Assembly (NCBI RefSeq): GCF_041956535.1
Contig: NW_027192213.1
Coordinates: 261,926 to 325,925 of the forward strand
From: Calcarisporiella thermophila CBS 279.70
Lineage: Eukaryota > Fungi > Calcarisporiellomycota
Reading direction: 5' to 3'
Length of the DNA: 64,000 nt
A program made the translations under genes and the position numbers. Below, one piece after another: positions 12,701 to 26,007 of this stretch. The notes below the pieces were generated by a model that searched no databases, had not been told where the DNA came from, and was given only the letters and a program-made list of their open reading frames with translations. How positions within the stretch are numbered: the first letter of the stretch is position 1; each line of letters starts with the position of its first letter.

Positions 12701-14106
12701 GTGGAATACCTGAGCGCGGTGTTGAACCCGCTGTTGCTGGGACTGCAGGAGTATCTCCCCAAGGCCATGGCGGCAGGAGAAGATCCTTTGCCATCTCTAC
12801 AGTTGCACCATTTGATCGTTGCTGTTGGAAGCGTTGCCAAAGGTACAAACTATTTCCACTCCACGGTTAAGTATTCCAAGTGACCACACCTGACCGTCGC
12901 TGCCTCCTCTACCTAGGATTCCCGGACGCCCCCTCGGGTCAAGAGGCACTGGGAGGCTACGCAGAGGTCTTCAAGCAGTCCGTAGAGAACATCTTGACCG
13001 TATTGGAGCATTTGAACCAGATCGATGTCATTCGCGAGGCGGTAATATACACATACTGGCTCTATTCATCATGTCCGTGCTTACATCTAGGCTCACCTTG
13101 CATGTAGGCAAGATTCTCCTTCTCGCGCTTGATAAGCTGCCTCGGAGCCAAAATCCTCCCCTATCTCCCCCCCGTGATCACTGGGCTGCTCACCAACTGC
13201 AAACTTTCAGAATTGGTGGACTTTTTGCCCTTCATCGGGCAAATCATCTACAAATTCAAGGTACAGCCTTTGACGAATCTCCAACACGGCATTAATGTCC
13301 ATCCATTATTAAACCCTCCATTCTACCGCTAGCCCTCTATCTTTAATATCGTGAACGACTTACTACTTCCTCTTGTTAAACGCGTCTTTGTGTTCCTGAA
13401 CCAAACCCCCTCCGGCACGGATGAGGCGCTCATGCTCATTGACCTCCGCAAGGCCTACCTCAACTTCATCCACATGTTATTTAATTCGGAATTGGAGCGA
13501 GTGTTCATCAGTGACCGTAAGCTCTCCCCCCTTCCCCCTCGCCAGACGCCTTTCGCGCTAACTCTCTTGCCTAATAGTCAACCGACCCCACCTTAATATC
13601 ATCCTTCAAAGCATCCTTCATTACGCAAGCGACACCTCCAATGTCCAAAGCCAAAAGCTTGCTTTTGGCATCCTCCTTAAGATGGTGAACGCGTGGGCCG
13701 AAAATCAAGCCAACGGAACCAACTCCTCCGTGAACCTTCCCGGATTCGACCAGTTTGTCTACGGCGATCTTGTGCGCGCGTGCTTCGAGGTGCCAGCCAA
13801 GCCTGGCTTCGACCTGACCGATGGGCAGACGGTGTTGGTGGTTGGGGAGATTGCCCTGCTGCAACGCGCCATTTTTGAACGCGGGGGGGCCGCGTTTGCT
13901 GACTATTTGCGCGAGGGATACCTCCCCTCGATCCAGTGCCCGCCCTCGCTGGCCGACGAGTATGTTCAAGCCTTACAGCAGCTGGATGCTAAGAATTTCA
14001 AAAAATATTTCCAGGTAGGGGCGGGATGCAATTTTTTTTGCCAAATATGTCACTAACCTATACACTCTGCTTCTAGACTTTTGTTCAGAAATCCAAAGCA
14101 TTATGA
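9760..14106 (+). CDS. LOS1: Exportin-T (tRNA exportin), about 18 introns
   Basis: MEQQVEQAVACALSP..; LKNKLAQTITYLFLQQYPSEWPSFF; RNTLIKDTMRE; DWRDLELALYVLYLYGEA; FFENVVRY; RSWYLFYRFVK; ends KNFKKYFQ|TFVQKSKAL*. Confidence 0.95.
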
Positions 14107-14740
14107 GAAAAAAAAAAAAGAGTTAATATGCGTTTATTTTATTTTTATTTTTTTACGTTTCTCCGGGGATAATTGCTTTTTTTTTAACATAGGGTTGGGC
14201 CTTTGTCAAAAAATTTTATTTCTTTTGTTCTTTTTTTTTTTCTTCTGCTTCCATTCCTAAACACTTTCATCCAATTTCTAAACAATATGAGATAATCGCT
14301 TTAGATATTGGAATTAGAAGAATGTTGAAATTCATTTTTATATATTCTATTTACTTGGGAGATTGCAATGTCTCTATTTCTTACTTCTTTTTCTCCTTTT
14401 GTTTCCACTGTTTTTTTACACAAATAAAATGGACAATTATTTAGCTCTTTGTCGAGGATACGGTGCCTTTTTTTTCCGTTAGCAGACGCTGTTTATCCCG
14501 TTCGTTGATTGAGTATTACTAAGTATGAATCGAAGGGACAGACGCTTTCAGCATTCATGAACTGCTCCTGGCGTCTCTCTATAATGGATTTTCCATGGAG
14601 TTTTACCGCTCAGTTTGTAGCCACTTGAAATGCATTGCTTGATGTTATACTAGGGATAGACTTTGGGCCCCAAGAAAAGCTCATCAAGTTCTCTTGGACA
14701 ACGGTCGCCTACGAGAATGGAACTCGTTCTCAATCAGGAG

Positions 14741-14779
14741 ATACGACTCTCAGATCATAATATGATCTGAGAGTCGTAT
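14741..14779. repeat. Perfect inverted repeat, 19-bp arms with 1-nt spacer
   Basis: ATACGACTCTCAGATCATA-A-TATGATCTGAGAGTCGTAT read directly. Confidence 0.97.
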
Positions 14780-14967
14780 TATTCGCATTTCTCCTGGGGA
14801 TTTCTGGGATATTTCGACCGGAGTCTGATTGGGAGGACCAGCCACTGTTGAGGGAAGTTTTTAGCGGTTCGAATGAATGAAATAGCGCAAAGAGAGGTTA
14901 GAAAGATCTTCCTCCATTACCATCCCTCTACACACTACTACTAGGGAAAACACATCCATCAGCAACC

Positions 14968-15693
<726 letters not shown>

Positions 15694-15845
15694 GACCCTC
15701 ATCTCAATAATAATAATAATAAAGTTGTGCTCTCGTTGGTTCTCTATCACATCCTGCTCGACCTCCCCCCCCCCTTTACACTATCCAAAATGGAGGGCCG
15801 GCTATTTAGCTTCGGCAATCACGCTTAAAAAAATATAGGAGCAGT

Positions 15846-16255
15846 TTATTTTTTATTCTCGTAGATTGCATCACAATACTCGGCCGCCTTGATATCGCGG
15901 CTAGAAAGCCCTTTACACTCGTGGGTGGTCCAGGTCACTTCAACCCGGCTGTAAACCTAGTGCCATGGAGTGGAAAATTAACCATCAGGCTTTTCAAGCA
16001 ACAGTCTTTTTTAAATACATTAAACCACTCCGGGTGATGATTGTGCTTCTCACTCCACAGCGCGATTCGGGACATGAATGCCCACGCGTGGTTGAAGTCG
16101 GAAAATTGAAACGTACGTTGAATGGCATCGCGTTCAGAGGGAATGCGCCATGTCTTGGGAATTGCCTCGCGCTGTGACGCGGTGAGAGTGTTTATGTATC
16201 GGGAAGACGTGCGTGTCTGGACCTGTGGATAAGCTTGCTTGAATGCGCGAAACAT
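15846..16255 (-). CDS. Pterin-4-alpha-carbinolamine dehydratase (PCBD/Mco14-like), 2 exons, probable mitochondrial presequence
   Basis: [38 protein letters not shown]|[29 protein letters not shown]. Confidence 0.93.
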
Positions 16256-16403
16256 GGTCTATTGGCATTAATATTCTGCTTTCTTGCAAGTGACACTGCC
16301 ATTGACCAATATATTTGTTGAGGGTGGCTTCTTCAATTTTGCATCCTTATTTCACCTTCTCTTTAATAGATTTCAAGAGAGTTTAGATCTACAGTGCCTT
16401 ACC

Positions 16404-19400
16404 ATGTACAGAAGAACCCTCCGTCCTGGAGAGGGATCTCTTAGTTCTCGCATCCCCCAACCTCGCTCCTCCTCCTCTATTCTTTCTTCTTCTCTCAATA
16501 CTGTTAACAATAAGTCAAAACCCAGCGATCCGCCGATATTTCGCGACATTCAGTCGGATTTTAGCCGATTCTTAAAATCAAGCCAGACCTCGACCTCCGG
16601 AAATGTAGCCATTTGATTAGATATACCTGCTTTACTCTTCAGATCGCTAATGCTAGTTTATATTGGAGTAGTCCGGCCTAAGTCTTAATCTCTATGATCT
16701 AGAGAGCCCGTCGCTGTCACGAGAAGTTGGCCCGGACGCCGGATCTTCGTTTGCGGCCTCGACACAATCAGCAGGTTGGAATCACCATATGTATTGATAT
16801 TGGCCACTGTTCTTTCTTCTCACCCCATTTCTGATCTGTGATAGATAAAGATTTGGAAGAGGCCAGGCTTCGGGCATCAGAATTCCGTCGCAAGGCAAAA
16901 GAACTCACCTACGAACTTTCCAACACGAAGACCGATATGCAGCGTAAAATATTGAGTCTGGAAGCGGATAAAAAAAAGCTGGAGTCGCAGATTAACGAGT
17001 TAAAGTTAAATATCGAGGTAGGATCTCATTTCACACACATTCTCGGCTTGACTCGCGTGTTAATCTTGAGTATTTAAAGAAATTGGAGCAAGATAGACGC
17101 ACTCTCCACGAGCATAACAAGGAATCAACCGAAAAATTGCGGAACTTGGAGAAGAATGCGTCGCGTTACCGGCAGGAGGCTGAGCGCGCCTTGAACAAAC
17201 TCCAAGAAGAGAATCGCGCCCTGCAGAACCAAATGACTGAATCACAGTTGGCGGCCCGGGAGAGCGAAGGTGAGGCCTCCCAAAAAGTGCGGGAGATGTC
17301 TTCGCTAGTTGAATCTTTAGAAAACGCGCTGGAGACCAGCAGAGAGCAGGTACCTAAATTTATACTTTACCCACATTGCGGGCAATATTAATGACAGGGT
17401 GTGTCCTGGTTGTGTTATTTGCACCCCATTACGGTAGCTTAAGCGACAGACGGAACTCACCAAAACGCGCCAACAGCAACTCGAAGAAACGCAATTGCGT
17501 CTGGCCAAAGCGAAGGACGAGCTGCAATCGATTCGTTCTGAGAACTCGGATCGCCCAGAGTTTGACCTGATTCGCCGAGAGCTTCACGGTAAAGTTGATG
17601 TCTAGGGCATGCACTCCTAACCTCTGTAACTAAACCTTCTCAATTAGACCAAGTCGACTATGTAAAGCAATTGGAGTCTCGGAATCGCGAGCTGCAGCGT
17701 GAGGTTGCACAGCTGCGAGAGAAGCAACAGGATGTCCTAGTGATTAAGAAGCGTAGCCAAGAACTCGAAAACCGCCTGATGCAATTCAGCGAGCTGCGAA
17801 TCAAACTCAACACAGCTGAGCTTGAGAATGAAAAATTGCTCAAGAAATTGGCTGCGCGAGGGTAATACATCCGTGCTTGCTGGACAAGGCTACCGATGAA
17901 ATAACGTGGACTATTTGCTATTGGTAGAGAGGACTCGGGTCAAGTGGAAACGCTGGAGGCCGAGTTAAGGAGTCGGGACGCGTTAATGATGTCGTCCGGG
18001 AAAATGGTAGTTTCGCCGTTGTAAAGCTTTATCCTAATGCAACTCGTTGATGGCTGTTTCTTTTTTGCTATTTGTTCTCTTGCTCAGATACAAGAGTGGA
18101 AGGAGAAATGCCAGTCGATGGAGGAGCGGCACCGGAAGGACCAGCGGCTAATCAAGCGACTGGAGCGAAGTAAAGAGCTTGCTCAACGTGAAGTCGAGTT
18201 TTTAAGACAGCAGCTGGTGCGTTATTCAATCCAGAGTCCAAGTTTATAATGATGGCGCTGATTCACTCTTGTTTCCCCTCTATTTTAGAAAACGCTAGAC
18301 TCGGATGAAACCGTGGTTATCCCAGCACAGCAGTCCAATTCACAGGCCGTCCAGCGTGCGGAAATGCTCGAGAAGATGGTGGACGAATATCGCAAGCAGA
18401 TACGGGAGCTCACAGAAGAAACCAAGGCATTGCGGTCAGCTGCTCCTCCTAGGCCGGAATCGATAGGGAGCGAAGAGGCCAAGGCAAAGCATGACGAGGC
18501 CCTTCAGAATAAGCTCAAGGATCTGGAGCAAGAAAATGCGGACCTAAAACATGAGATCGAGATTCTCGACAAGCAGGTGGGGGAGCTGGAGCAGGCTGTC
18601 GGCCGCGGAGAATACGACCGGCGGACCACCAAAATTCTACAATTGAAGGAGAACCCCGCAGCCATGTCTCAGGTGATTCGTGAGAACACATTGAGCAATC
18701 TTCGGGCCGAAAACAACGCCCTTCTGCAACAAATACGGGAGCTTCAGCAGCGAATCCATTCGCCTGCGGGAGAGAATGAGGGCGTGGGCCAGAAGCGACT
18801 GAGAGACGAGAATCAAGGGGCCGGGGCCGCGAAGCGGGTGTGCGCAGGCGACGAACCCGACAACCAAATGGCGGTGGACGTCTCAATACCCGAGTCGGTT
18901 AGGGAGGATTTGGTGCCACGGATGAGCTTTGTACGGCTAAAGGATGAGAATCAACGCCTAGAGAATTTGGTGGCCGAGAAGGACAAACGCATGATGCGGC
19001 TGAAGGAGGTGAGGGTTAACTCCTCCGTTGTTCGATGATAATTCCTTTTGCTCACCCCACTCCCCTCCCCCTTTTTTCTCTCACCAGGTTTATAAGACAA
19101 AGGCCCAGGAGGTGCGGGAGGCGGTATTTTCACTTCTTGGCTACAAGCTCGACATCCTCGAGAACGGCCGCGTACGCCTCACCTCGATATACTCGGAGAA
19201 GGATGATCACTCCTTCGTCTTCACCTCCGAGGACAACGATTCCGGCACCATGCAGCTCATCGGGGGCGGCAACATGCAATACGTGCGGTCGCTCGAGAAC
19301 CACATCAAGTTTTGGGTGGTGGAGCGGGGCTCCATTCCCGCCTTCCTGAGCACCGTCACCCTGGAGCTTTTTGAAAAGACCACTGTGATGCAGGGGGCGG

Positions 19401-19435
19401 TGGGTGGGAGTGGGGCGGTGGCCACGGAAGGATAG
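16404..19435 (+). CDS. MAD1: Spindle assembly checkpoint protein MAD1, multi-exon
   Basis: Long coiled coil; Mad2-binding motif TKILQLKENPAA; KRMMRLKE|VY (RLK motif); C-terminal RWD domain EVREAVFSLLGYKLDILENGRVRLTSIY...SIPAFLSTVTLELFEK. Confidence 0.93.
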
Positions 19436-19611
19436 GATCCCCCAAGGAGAGGTTTGGGTTGCCTTTGAGATCGTGGTTGGCTCTCTCATCTTTTGTATAT
19501 TTTTACTTCGCTTATTTCATTTTTTTAAAAAAAAAATATAATTATTAATTCTATCTGCATATTTCACAGTTAAAACAATCTTCTGCCATTAAAGTATAAA
19601 CATGGTTTTCT

Positions 19612-20540
19612 CTATTGCGACGAAATGTCCTGCTTGGGCACACGGAAATAGACGCGCTCCCAATCCACCGCCTCCCAAAACTTCTTTACATAGTCCTCTT
19701 TCCCTCTTACTCCGTAATCTGTCAAATAAGCGTGCTCCCACACGCTCAGGCCCAGTAACGGGATATACGAGTTGGCATGTTGAGGGGGATGGTGGATGGA
19801 AGCGGAGGAGAGAGCCTTGGTATTGGGGTCGGTGGCCTGGGTACGCCACGGCCGGTGCGGGGTCCCGCCGTTGTATGTGGTGAGGATATCGAGCTTTCCA
19901 GCGGGTGACTCGACGAGGAAGACGAATCCGGAGCCACATAGTGAGAGGGCCTCGTCTGTAAACTTTACGATGAGAGAATCACAAAAAAAAAAGGGGGAGG
20001 GGTGAGTAGGGAGGCGGCGAGACAGAAAGAAAACGATGCCCGAATCCACGGGGGGTCGCCTACCTTGGCCTTCAATTCCTCAATGCCTCCAAAATCCTCG
20101 GTGATGCGCTTCTGCAGATCGAAGCGAATTGCTCGGGCCGGCGAGGATGTCAACGAGCGGAGGAAAAACTCGTTATTCCATGCTTGTGATGCAACGTTGA
20201 AAACGTTGGCCCGCAGCGGATTCTCGGCCAAAGTAGTGACCAGCTCAAACACCGATGCATGCTCCAAGTCGGTTCCTATCCCATTCTTCGTTCAGCCACC
20301 GGGCATTATCGTCAAACGCACACAATAATAAGACTCACCGACTACAAGCTGATTTAATCGCTCCAATAAGCCCTGCTGATGCTCCTCCCAGAGAACGCGT
20401 ACGGCCGCGGGTGAGAGGAACGGAGAAATGCCCTCTGATGCGGGGAATGGCAGACGGTTGAGCCGATGAAGGTTTCGTACCTGTATGATATTACGAGAGA
20501 AGGAGGAGGGTGAATGGAGGGGTAATAGTCTTCGAAGCAT
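19612..20540 (-). CDS. RSM26: Mitochondrial small-subunit ribosomal protein mS42 (Fe/Mn-SOD-fold, non-catalytic), 3 exons
   Basis: Presequence MLRRLLP..RNLH; EGISPFLS..W.EHQQGLLERLNQLV; FNVASQAWNNEFF; PLLGLSVWEHAYLTDYGV.GKEDY; SOD metal ligands mostly replaced. Confidence 0.85.
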
Positions 20541-20690
20541 GGCGATGAATTTTTGAATGGAAGGGCATAGTTTCGAGCCCTCCGCCGTTTTGTTGACGGG
20601 ATAAGTGACTTCTGGTGGCTGAGTTAATGGAACGGCATCCATCCAACTTTATTAAAATGTACAATCGATCAAGATAAAATATACAAATGG

Positions 20691-22476
20691 CTAGCCTTGG
20701 TAATGTCTACTCTTATTTGCGATTCTTGTCATTCGCCTCTGTACATTTGTGGGCGCTTTTCCATTATATGGAGAAGGATAGGGAGGGTGGTTGCCTCCGT
20801 AGGCGTTTAGGGAAAGGTTGGACATGGCAGTGGCGAGGCCACTATTTTGCGGCTGAGGTGAGGCAGGATATGGGTTGGGGCCACGGTAAGGGAAACTGTG
20901 CTTTGGTACGGGCGGGGGAGGTTGGTTTTCATGCGGGGGAGGCGGGTATCCTTTTGTATATATAGGGTATCCATGGGGGTTAGGGAGAGAGTGTGCGAGA
21001 GAACGCGGCGAGCTGGTGGGGTAGTGTGGATATCCTATAACATCCCCCCGATTCAAACTAAGGGAGGGTGGGGCCAGAGAGTGCGAGCCAGAGTGAGAAC
21101 GCAAGAGGCCTTTGGAGTTGTAGTTTGGCGGGGGCTTTCCTGGCGGCGTGTTGCCGCGTCTATGATTGTCATAGTTTGGTGGCATTGGAGGCAAATTATG
21201 TAGTGTGGAAGGAGAGGCGTCTGGATGCGGAAACGGTCTATAATGTGAAGGGTTGGGTGTAAATCCTTGAGAGGCAGGAGGAGTAGAATGGCTAGGCTCT
21301 GGATAGGAGTTTTGTCTTTGGGTCCGGTAGGCGGGGGTTGGGTGAGGTGAGTCGTGTCTGCCTGGAGGGTTGTTCTGTGGTGGCTTCCCCTGATGATACC
21401 GACTAGGGGCAGCCTGGCTTGGATAGGATTGGGGTGGGCCTATTCCCCTGCCATGCGCGAATTCTCTACTCTGCACATTCCCAGTGGGATATGAATCGGA
21501 TCTTTTCAACTGTCCATAGGGAGCAGGAGAGCCTTGCAGTGGAGCCTGGGGCCCTCTACCGGGAGGTTGAGACTGGTTCGGTACAGGTGGCCGCATCGCA
21601 GATGGAGGATATTGATGCTGATGTTTGGGCGCAAACGCATGGGGCACCGGACGCTGAACGGGAGGTTGCTCGTAGGACTGTGGTTGGAATTGCGGAGGAT
21701 TCGGGGCAGCTGGCGATGGAGAATCCGAACGAATATGGGCTCGTATGTCGGTGGGATGCTGTGTTTTTGGATGCTGCTGTAGCTCTGGCGGCAGGTTCTT
21801 GAGGAGCGGAGGCTTAAGATTCTAACAAAATGATACAGGATCATAAACATAAAAGCAAGCTCCTTCAACTTGAAAACAATTTACAGCTAGACTCTGGTAA
21901 AAAGTGAACTCCAGATACAACTCTCCAGCGTATTTGCCATGGTACTTCAGCTGGAACCAGTCTATCCATTTGGGAGAAAAAGATTCAGTAAACTGGGCTG
22001 AGCAGAAGAAGAGGTGCCAAGGGCTCAGCGATATTCACCGTCCAGCTCGCCATTATTCAATGCATCAGAAATGTCGATAACCGTCTCCCCAATAAGCTCG
22101 TTATTCATCCCATCCTCATGGAACACCTGAATAAATAGTCGTCGCTCCGTGTCCTTGATATCAAAGTTCAGCTGCTCGTCCCACTCTGGTTTCTGCCCAC
22201 CGCGCTGATCGATCTTTGTGCGCTTTCTTGGCCCAGCAGGCCCCAGCCGAAAGACGCAGAACGGGGACTGCTTCCCTATGAGCTCGCGATTAGGGAGGTG
22301 GCGCTAAAATGGCAAGCAAATGGATGGAGAGAATGGGGCAAGAATTAGTTGGCACGGATCGCTAAAGAAGAAACCCCAAGCGGCAGGGCTGCGTGGGGCC
22401 AGGATGGAAGGCTCACCCCCTTTATGACCACGACGACCAGCTCACCCTCCGGATCTTCTTTCGCATTATGAGACAT
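20691..22476 (-). CDS. N-terminal C2 domain + long Pro-rich tail (Fic1/Inn1 ingression-protein-like)
   Basis: MSHNAKEDPEGELVVVVIKG|RHLPNRELIGKQSPFCVFRLG..KRTKIDQRGGQKPEWDEQLNF..LIGETVIDISDAL..DWFQLKYHGKYAGELYLEFTFY, then P/Q/S-rich exon. Confidence 0.85.
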
Positions 22477-22863
22477 GCTCTTCTTTCAGTGGCAAGAACA
22501 GAGAGAAACCAAGGTTTAATTATTAGGTTTGAAGCGCTTATTTCATCCGTGGGGGCGCACAAGGATTGTTTTGGGCCAATTTCGTGCTTCACCCGCAGGC
22601 GGAGGGTCATGGCCAGCTGCCGGTCTAGAATCTCCGCAAAAAGCTCGAGCTTCTCTCCATTGCTGGGCCCGATGATCCACCGCGATTCGACGCAGAAATT
22701 TTTTCCAGCGCTTTTACTAAAAATCACGGGTGCGCATCCCGGGGAGATTGCTTGGAAACAGCATGATCAATAGACAAAGATATATGAAGTATAAACCCGA
22801 CTAGAATGGTTAACGCGGAAGAAAACAGGGGAAATGCAAAGATCTATCCACTCTATCCCATCA

Positions 22864-23695
22864 TCATTCGGCAAGCTTCTCCACGCCCGGGGGGCGTTCT
22901 AACCCCTCGCTCTCCTCCTCGACATGCTCAGCCTCCTCGCCCTGCTCGTCCTCATACTCTTGGTATCCATCGGGGTCCTCGTACTCTTCAAAGGATTCGA
23001 TAACTGCATCCGAAGGCAGGTCGATGCCTAACGAGGCAAGATCCAAATCCTCGTCTCTGCTCGAATTGAGAAAAATTAAAAGCCATCCGTATTGGCAAGC
23101 CTGAAATAACCTACTCATAGTCGAAGTCATCCAATTCGACATTGGACACCTGAAAATAGTACACATGCGACTCAAGTAGCGAGGTACCGGCTTTGAAGTT
23201 CCCAGTAGATGAGTCATATTTGCTGTAAATCGGATCCAATTCATCGACATTATGTCGAGCACATCCTAAATGCATCGTGACCATTGAACTTACCGCACTT
23301 GCGCAACTTCTTCGAAACGCACCGACTTCTTCTTATTCTCGTATTCTTCCCTAAAGACACAATGTTTCTTAGCATCCGCTTTTTTCACGCTTTCTTCCTA
23401 TGAAATTTTCTCACGCTTCCACATTATCAAAGGCCGAACTCCATTTCATGTTCACTTTCTCTAAATCTTGGAGTTTACGCTTCGATGTGCTTGGAACGCA
23501 CGTCTCCTCATGATCGGGCAGGCTAGGGAATACGGCTAGTTCTCTGCATCTCGGCGGTAAATGCTGGGTTTCCATTGGATTGTCAAAGGTGGATACATGG
23601 GAAGCGAAGCTATTCGTGCCCTGTCCCTCAACCAACGACCGGGCCTTAATTGCCTCAACCCACGGGTGGCAAGCAAACAAGGCCTGCGCCACCAT
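22864..23695 (-). CDS. Hypothetical acidic protein with RVxF PP1-docking motif, about 4 exons
   Basis: Hand-spliced frame-consistent model (introns 23455-23398, 23293-23223, about 23112-23058): ..KRKLQDLEK|EESVKK..NKKKSVRFEEVAQVR|KYDSS..ELDDFDYE|DEDLDL..EEYED..KLAE*; start ATG uncertain (23695 or 23575). Confidence 0.6.
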
Positions 23696-23850
23696 CTCTC
23701 CGGAAGGATGAATGGAGAGGCCCAATAAACTTTATGGCTCTTAGCATAGAGATAGGCTTCAGGTGAGCAAACCATGATCCAAAGTTGGGTCGGACAAACC
23801 ATATGAGTAAAAATAAACCTATTTCGAGACAATCTCTATACACTCTATCG

Positions 23851-23880
23851 ACGCTTTCATACGCTTTCATACGCTTTCAA
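23851..23880. repeat. Tandem 10-bp repeat x3 (ACGCTTTCAT)
   Basis: acgctttcat acgctttcat acgctttcaa. Confidence 0.9.
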
Positions 23881-24292
23881 GAGTATGTTTTTTTTTATAT
23901 CAGCCCAGACAGAAGAGCATCCAAAAAAAAAAAATAGAATATCCAAGACCAGAACATACATGCATTTATCTCGGGGGCTTTTATTTAGTTTTCTACCCGG
24001 AAGCTAACCCGAAAAGCCATGGATGTCATAGTAAAATATTTCCCAAAAAGCCTAGTAAAATAAAGAAGATTTTCTCCTCGAGGGGTGAGAATATCATCAT
24101 GGGAAAGAGAGGGCTGAAAAAAAAAAAAACAAAGATACTGGATAAAAAAAACAAACCACTCCCAATGTATAAATATATTTATATATATTTGAAACGTCCA
24201 GAAATAATAATATATAATCTCCCAAATATTTATAGCCCAACACATTTAAAATACGAAAACTTGATGTAGCGTGAGAAAAAAAAAACGACCCT

Positions 24293-25625
24293 TCAAGGTC
24301 GCCGCTCGAATTGTCCGAATACCAAGTCGTACCCGTTGAATTCGTAGACAATTCTCTCCGTGCGCTTGTATCCCGTAATGGTATCTAACGACCTCGCCAT
24401 GCGTGCTCGTTCGCGATCATGTCGCTCCCAAGCCTCCTCACTCGCGTCGCCGGGAGGGTGCGAGGAGAAAGCCGTGACGCTGAATTTGCCAGGCCGGAAC
24501 ACTCTCGTCACTTCTCGGATCAACGCCTGGACCACCGAGGGTTTCCCTCCAGTTGGGATATTGGTCTCGAAGCTTGCGTAGGAGCAGGCGGGCTCCGGCG
24601 TGACATGAATCGTATAGTAGCCTTGCTTGAGGAGAGCGTTGGCCGAGTAGCCGCAAGGGGTGAACAGGAAAGAATCCACCAGGGCCTTGGGGTAGAGTGT
24701 GTCAAGCCCGGTGTCCTGGTCCACACGGCGTCCCCCCGTGGTGCCGCCCTCTTCCCCAGGACGCTGGTAGAATGGGATCATCGCCTCGGGGTCAAGGTGT
24801 GTCATCAGGATCTCAATCGTTTGATCGTGCTCGTCAGGAACTTGGGGCACCATCTCCTGTGAGTCGTCCTCGCCCGGAGTGGCAATGTACAGGTACCATG
24901 GGTCGCCGCTGTTCGCCCTTCCCACGGTGTAGGCCGCTCCATTCGTAAAGTACGTGTCGAGGCACTCCACCTCCTTCCCCCAATCGCGGTGCGGGTCGAG
25001 CTGGCGTTCAGGGAACATGAACGACTTGCGGGAGTAGAACACGCGCCAAGCGCGCTCAAACCCGCAGTACTCAAGCGCAATCTCAAGAATGCGGGGTACG
25101 GCATGTAGCAGGGTGGTGGTACCACAGGTCTTGAGAATCAGCTTGTGAGGGTACACGAAGAAAGATGACTCACTAAGAATAGGAGAAAAGAGGGTCAGGC
25201 TAAACAGGGGGTCGAGGCCGAAAAGAAAGGGCATGTATCGCTCACCTCAACAAATAGGCATCCAGATGTTCATTTTTGACGACGTTGAGTACCTGGCAAC
25301 GAACAATGGCCAACATCTCGCTCCAAACGCACCGGTCCACCTTTCTCAAACCCTGGCGCGATTGACCCTCCACATCCAGTGTGGCGCGATGGGCAGCGTG
25401 GATGCCGCCACAAAATGGCTCGTCACCCTCGCTATCGCTGCTAAACGTGCTATTGCGAGAACGGACAGTCTCGGCAGCGGAGGGGGCGAACCAAATCTCA
25501 AGCAGTTTTTCGGGCCCCTCGAAAGAACCGGCCTCGTACTCGGCAGGTGGGCAAGCGGAAGTGGGCTCGTACGAAGAGGCTCCCCCGGGTTCCAGATAGT
25601 GATCGTCGCGAATTTCACCAACCAT
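24293..25625 (-). CDS. SPE2: S-adenosylmethionine decarboxylase proenzyme, 2 exons (25625-25246, 25172-24293)
   Basis: SFEGPEKLLEIWF; YLLS|ESSFFV (pyruvoyl self-cleavage site LSESS spans the intron); LILKTCGTTTLL; FTPCGYSAN; YYTIHVTPEP.CSYASFETN. Confidence 0.98.
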
Positions 25626-25769
25626 TTTTTTTCGATAGAGCAGAAAATAGAAAGTCGATTCGATAGCAGTCAAAAGGTGAGGAAAAGGAGTAGGAGGGAT
25701 TGGGGATGGAATAATATAAGTGAAAAATAGTTAAAGGAGATAACGAGATAGTTAATTAATTAGGGCAAG

Positions 25770-25988
25770 TTATGGTGGTTCTTTGGCAGAGTAGTTTTTG
25801 TCAAACGTCGGCAGGACGATGTGAGGGTGGTTGAGTTTGCTTTTACGTCCTACTGGCGACAAAACGGCAAGTGTATCTAACCAGGCGAGCGAGGGGGATA
25901 GGGAGATGAGATTAAGGATGCTATCGAAGGAAGTTAGAAAAATGGAGGCGGAAGGGAAGGTCGAAGAGAAAGCGCGCGGCGAAGCCGT
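25770..25988 (-). promoter_or_regulatory. Candidate non-AUG (ACG-initiated) regulatory uORF ending ..NYSAKEPP* in SPE2 leader
   Basis: Frame open from 26051 with no AUG; actACGgct at 25988 in strong Kozak context; terminal di-proline; stops 145 nt before the SPE2 AUG. Confidence 0.55.
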
Positions 25989-26007
25989 AGTAGTAGTCAA
26001 AACGCAT
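25921..26007 (-). promoter_or_regulatory. AUG uORF MRFDYYYGFAARFLFDLPFRLHFSNFLR* overlapping the EPP uORF
   Basis: Only AUG between 25626 and about 26250 on the minus strand; weak context (catATGc). Confidence 0.45.

Noticed and set aside
19612-20540. Mn/Fe superoxide dismutase
   Set aside because: Metal ligands largely lost (QAWNNEFF, SVWEHAY); matches the SOD-fold mitoribosomal protein instead.
20946-20955. U12-type donor-like GTATCCTT (also near 57771; ATATCCTT near 37469)
   Set aside because: They lie antisense to an exon or in intergenic DNA; the introns I traced in VPS35, exportin-T, ITFG2, MAD1 and the E2 gene look U2-type.
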